From positions 97,379,863 to 97,412,226 of the forward strand of contig NC_068985.1 of NCBI RefSeq assembly GCF_001194135.2: a stretch of 32,364 nt of DNA, read 5' to 3'. The translations under genes and the position numbers were made by a program. The DNA comes from Octopus bimaculoides (Eukaryota). The notes under the pieces are model-generated. The model was not told the origin of the DNA, ran no database searches, and saw only the letters and a list, made by a program, of their open reading frames with translations. Positions 32,047 through 32,364 of the stretch are shown piece by piece. Every line of letters begins with the position of its first letter. Position 1 is the first letter of the stretch.

Positions 32047-32160
32047 CTAGCAGAAATACCCGGCTTTGCCCGGGTTAAAGAGAATAATGAAATCTAAAAA
32101 CGCCGTCTAGACTACGCAACCCTCAACTGTTAGTAGCTATGATACCATATTTCTACATTA
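32047..32160 (-). mobile_element. Helitron-like 3' terminus
   Basis: ACCCGG-ctttgc-CCGGGT hairpin (32058-32075) near a terminal CTAG (32047-32050) followed by T on -. Element length uncertain. Confidence 0.55.
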
Positions 32161-32364
32161 ATAACTCTCCAATCCATGCCAGCATGGAACATAGACATTA
32201 AGTGGAATGCCAGTCTCTCATCTAGGAGGGCCTTGAAATCAATGTTACCAACTGGGGACTATGTGTGTCGTAGTGATAATAAAAAGACCCAAAGGAGGTC
32301 TGCAACGAAATAATTTTACTCAACACTTTGCAAGTGAATCAGTGGGGGCAAAGATGCGTCTCAT

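Overview
AT-rich, repeat-dense eukaryotic DNA from a gapped draft assembly (N-runs at 9540-10127, 13611-13840, 19088-19345, 22199-22454, 23319-23471, 26808-27226, 28019-28859 and 31082-31638). The dense tRNA-derived SINEs and RTE-LINE tails suggest an octopus genome (inference, not verified). Two host protein-coding features are supported: (1) a complete, intronless caspase-3/7-like effector caspase on + (3560-4426), with a candidate promoter and poly(A) signal; (2) one 117-nt internal exon of a GH35 beta-galactosidase (GLB1L2-like) on - (30136-30252), whose next downstream exon I could not find. The rest is mostly mobile-element debris: at least three SINE families, many RTE 3' ends, two solo LTRs in (TA)n tracts, Tc1/mariner and hAT MITEs, a zero-loop palindrome, and relics of a hAT transposase, a Gypsy gag and a Penelope GIY-YIG endonuclease. 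Most ORFs in the supplied track are artefacts of gaps, microsatellites or repeats. I found no convincing novel multi-gene system. The most notable items are the intronless caspase and its relation to the opposite-strand GH35 gene, the palindrome, and the nested insertions into microsatellites.
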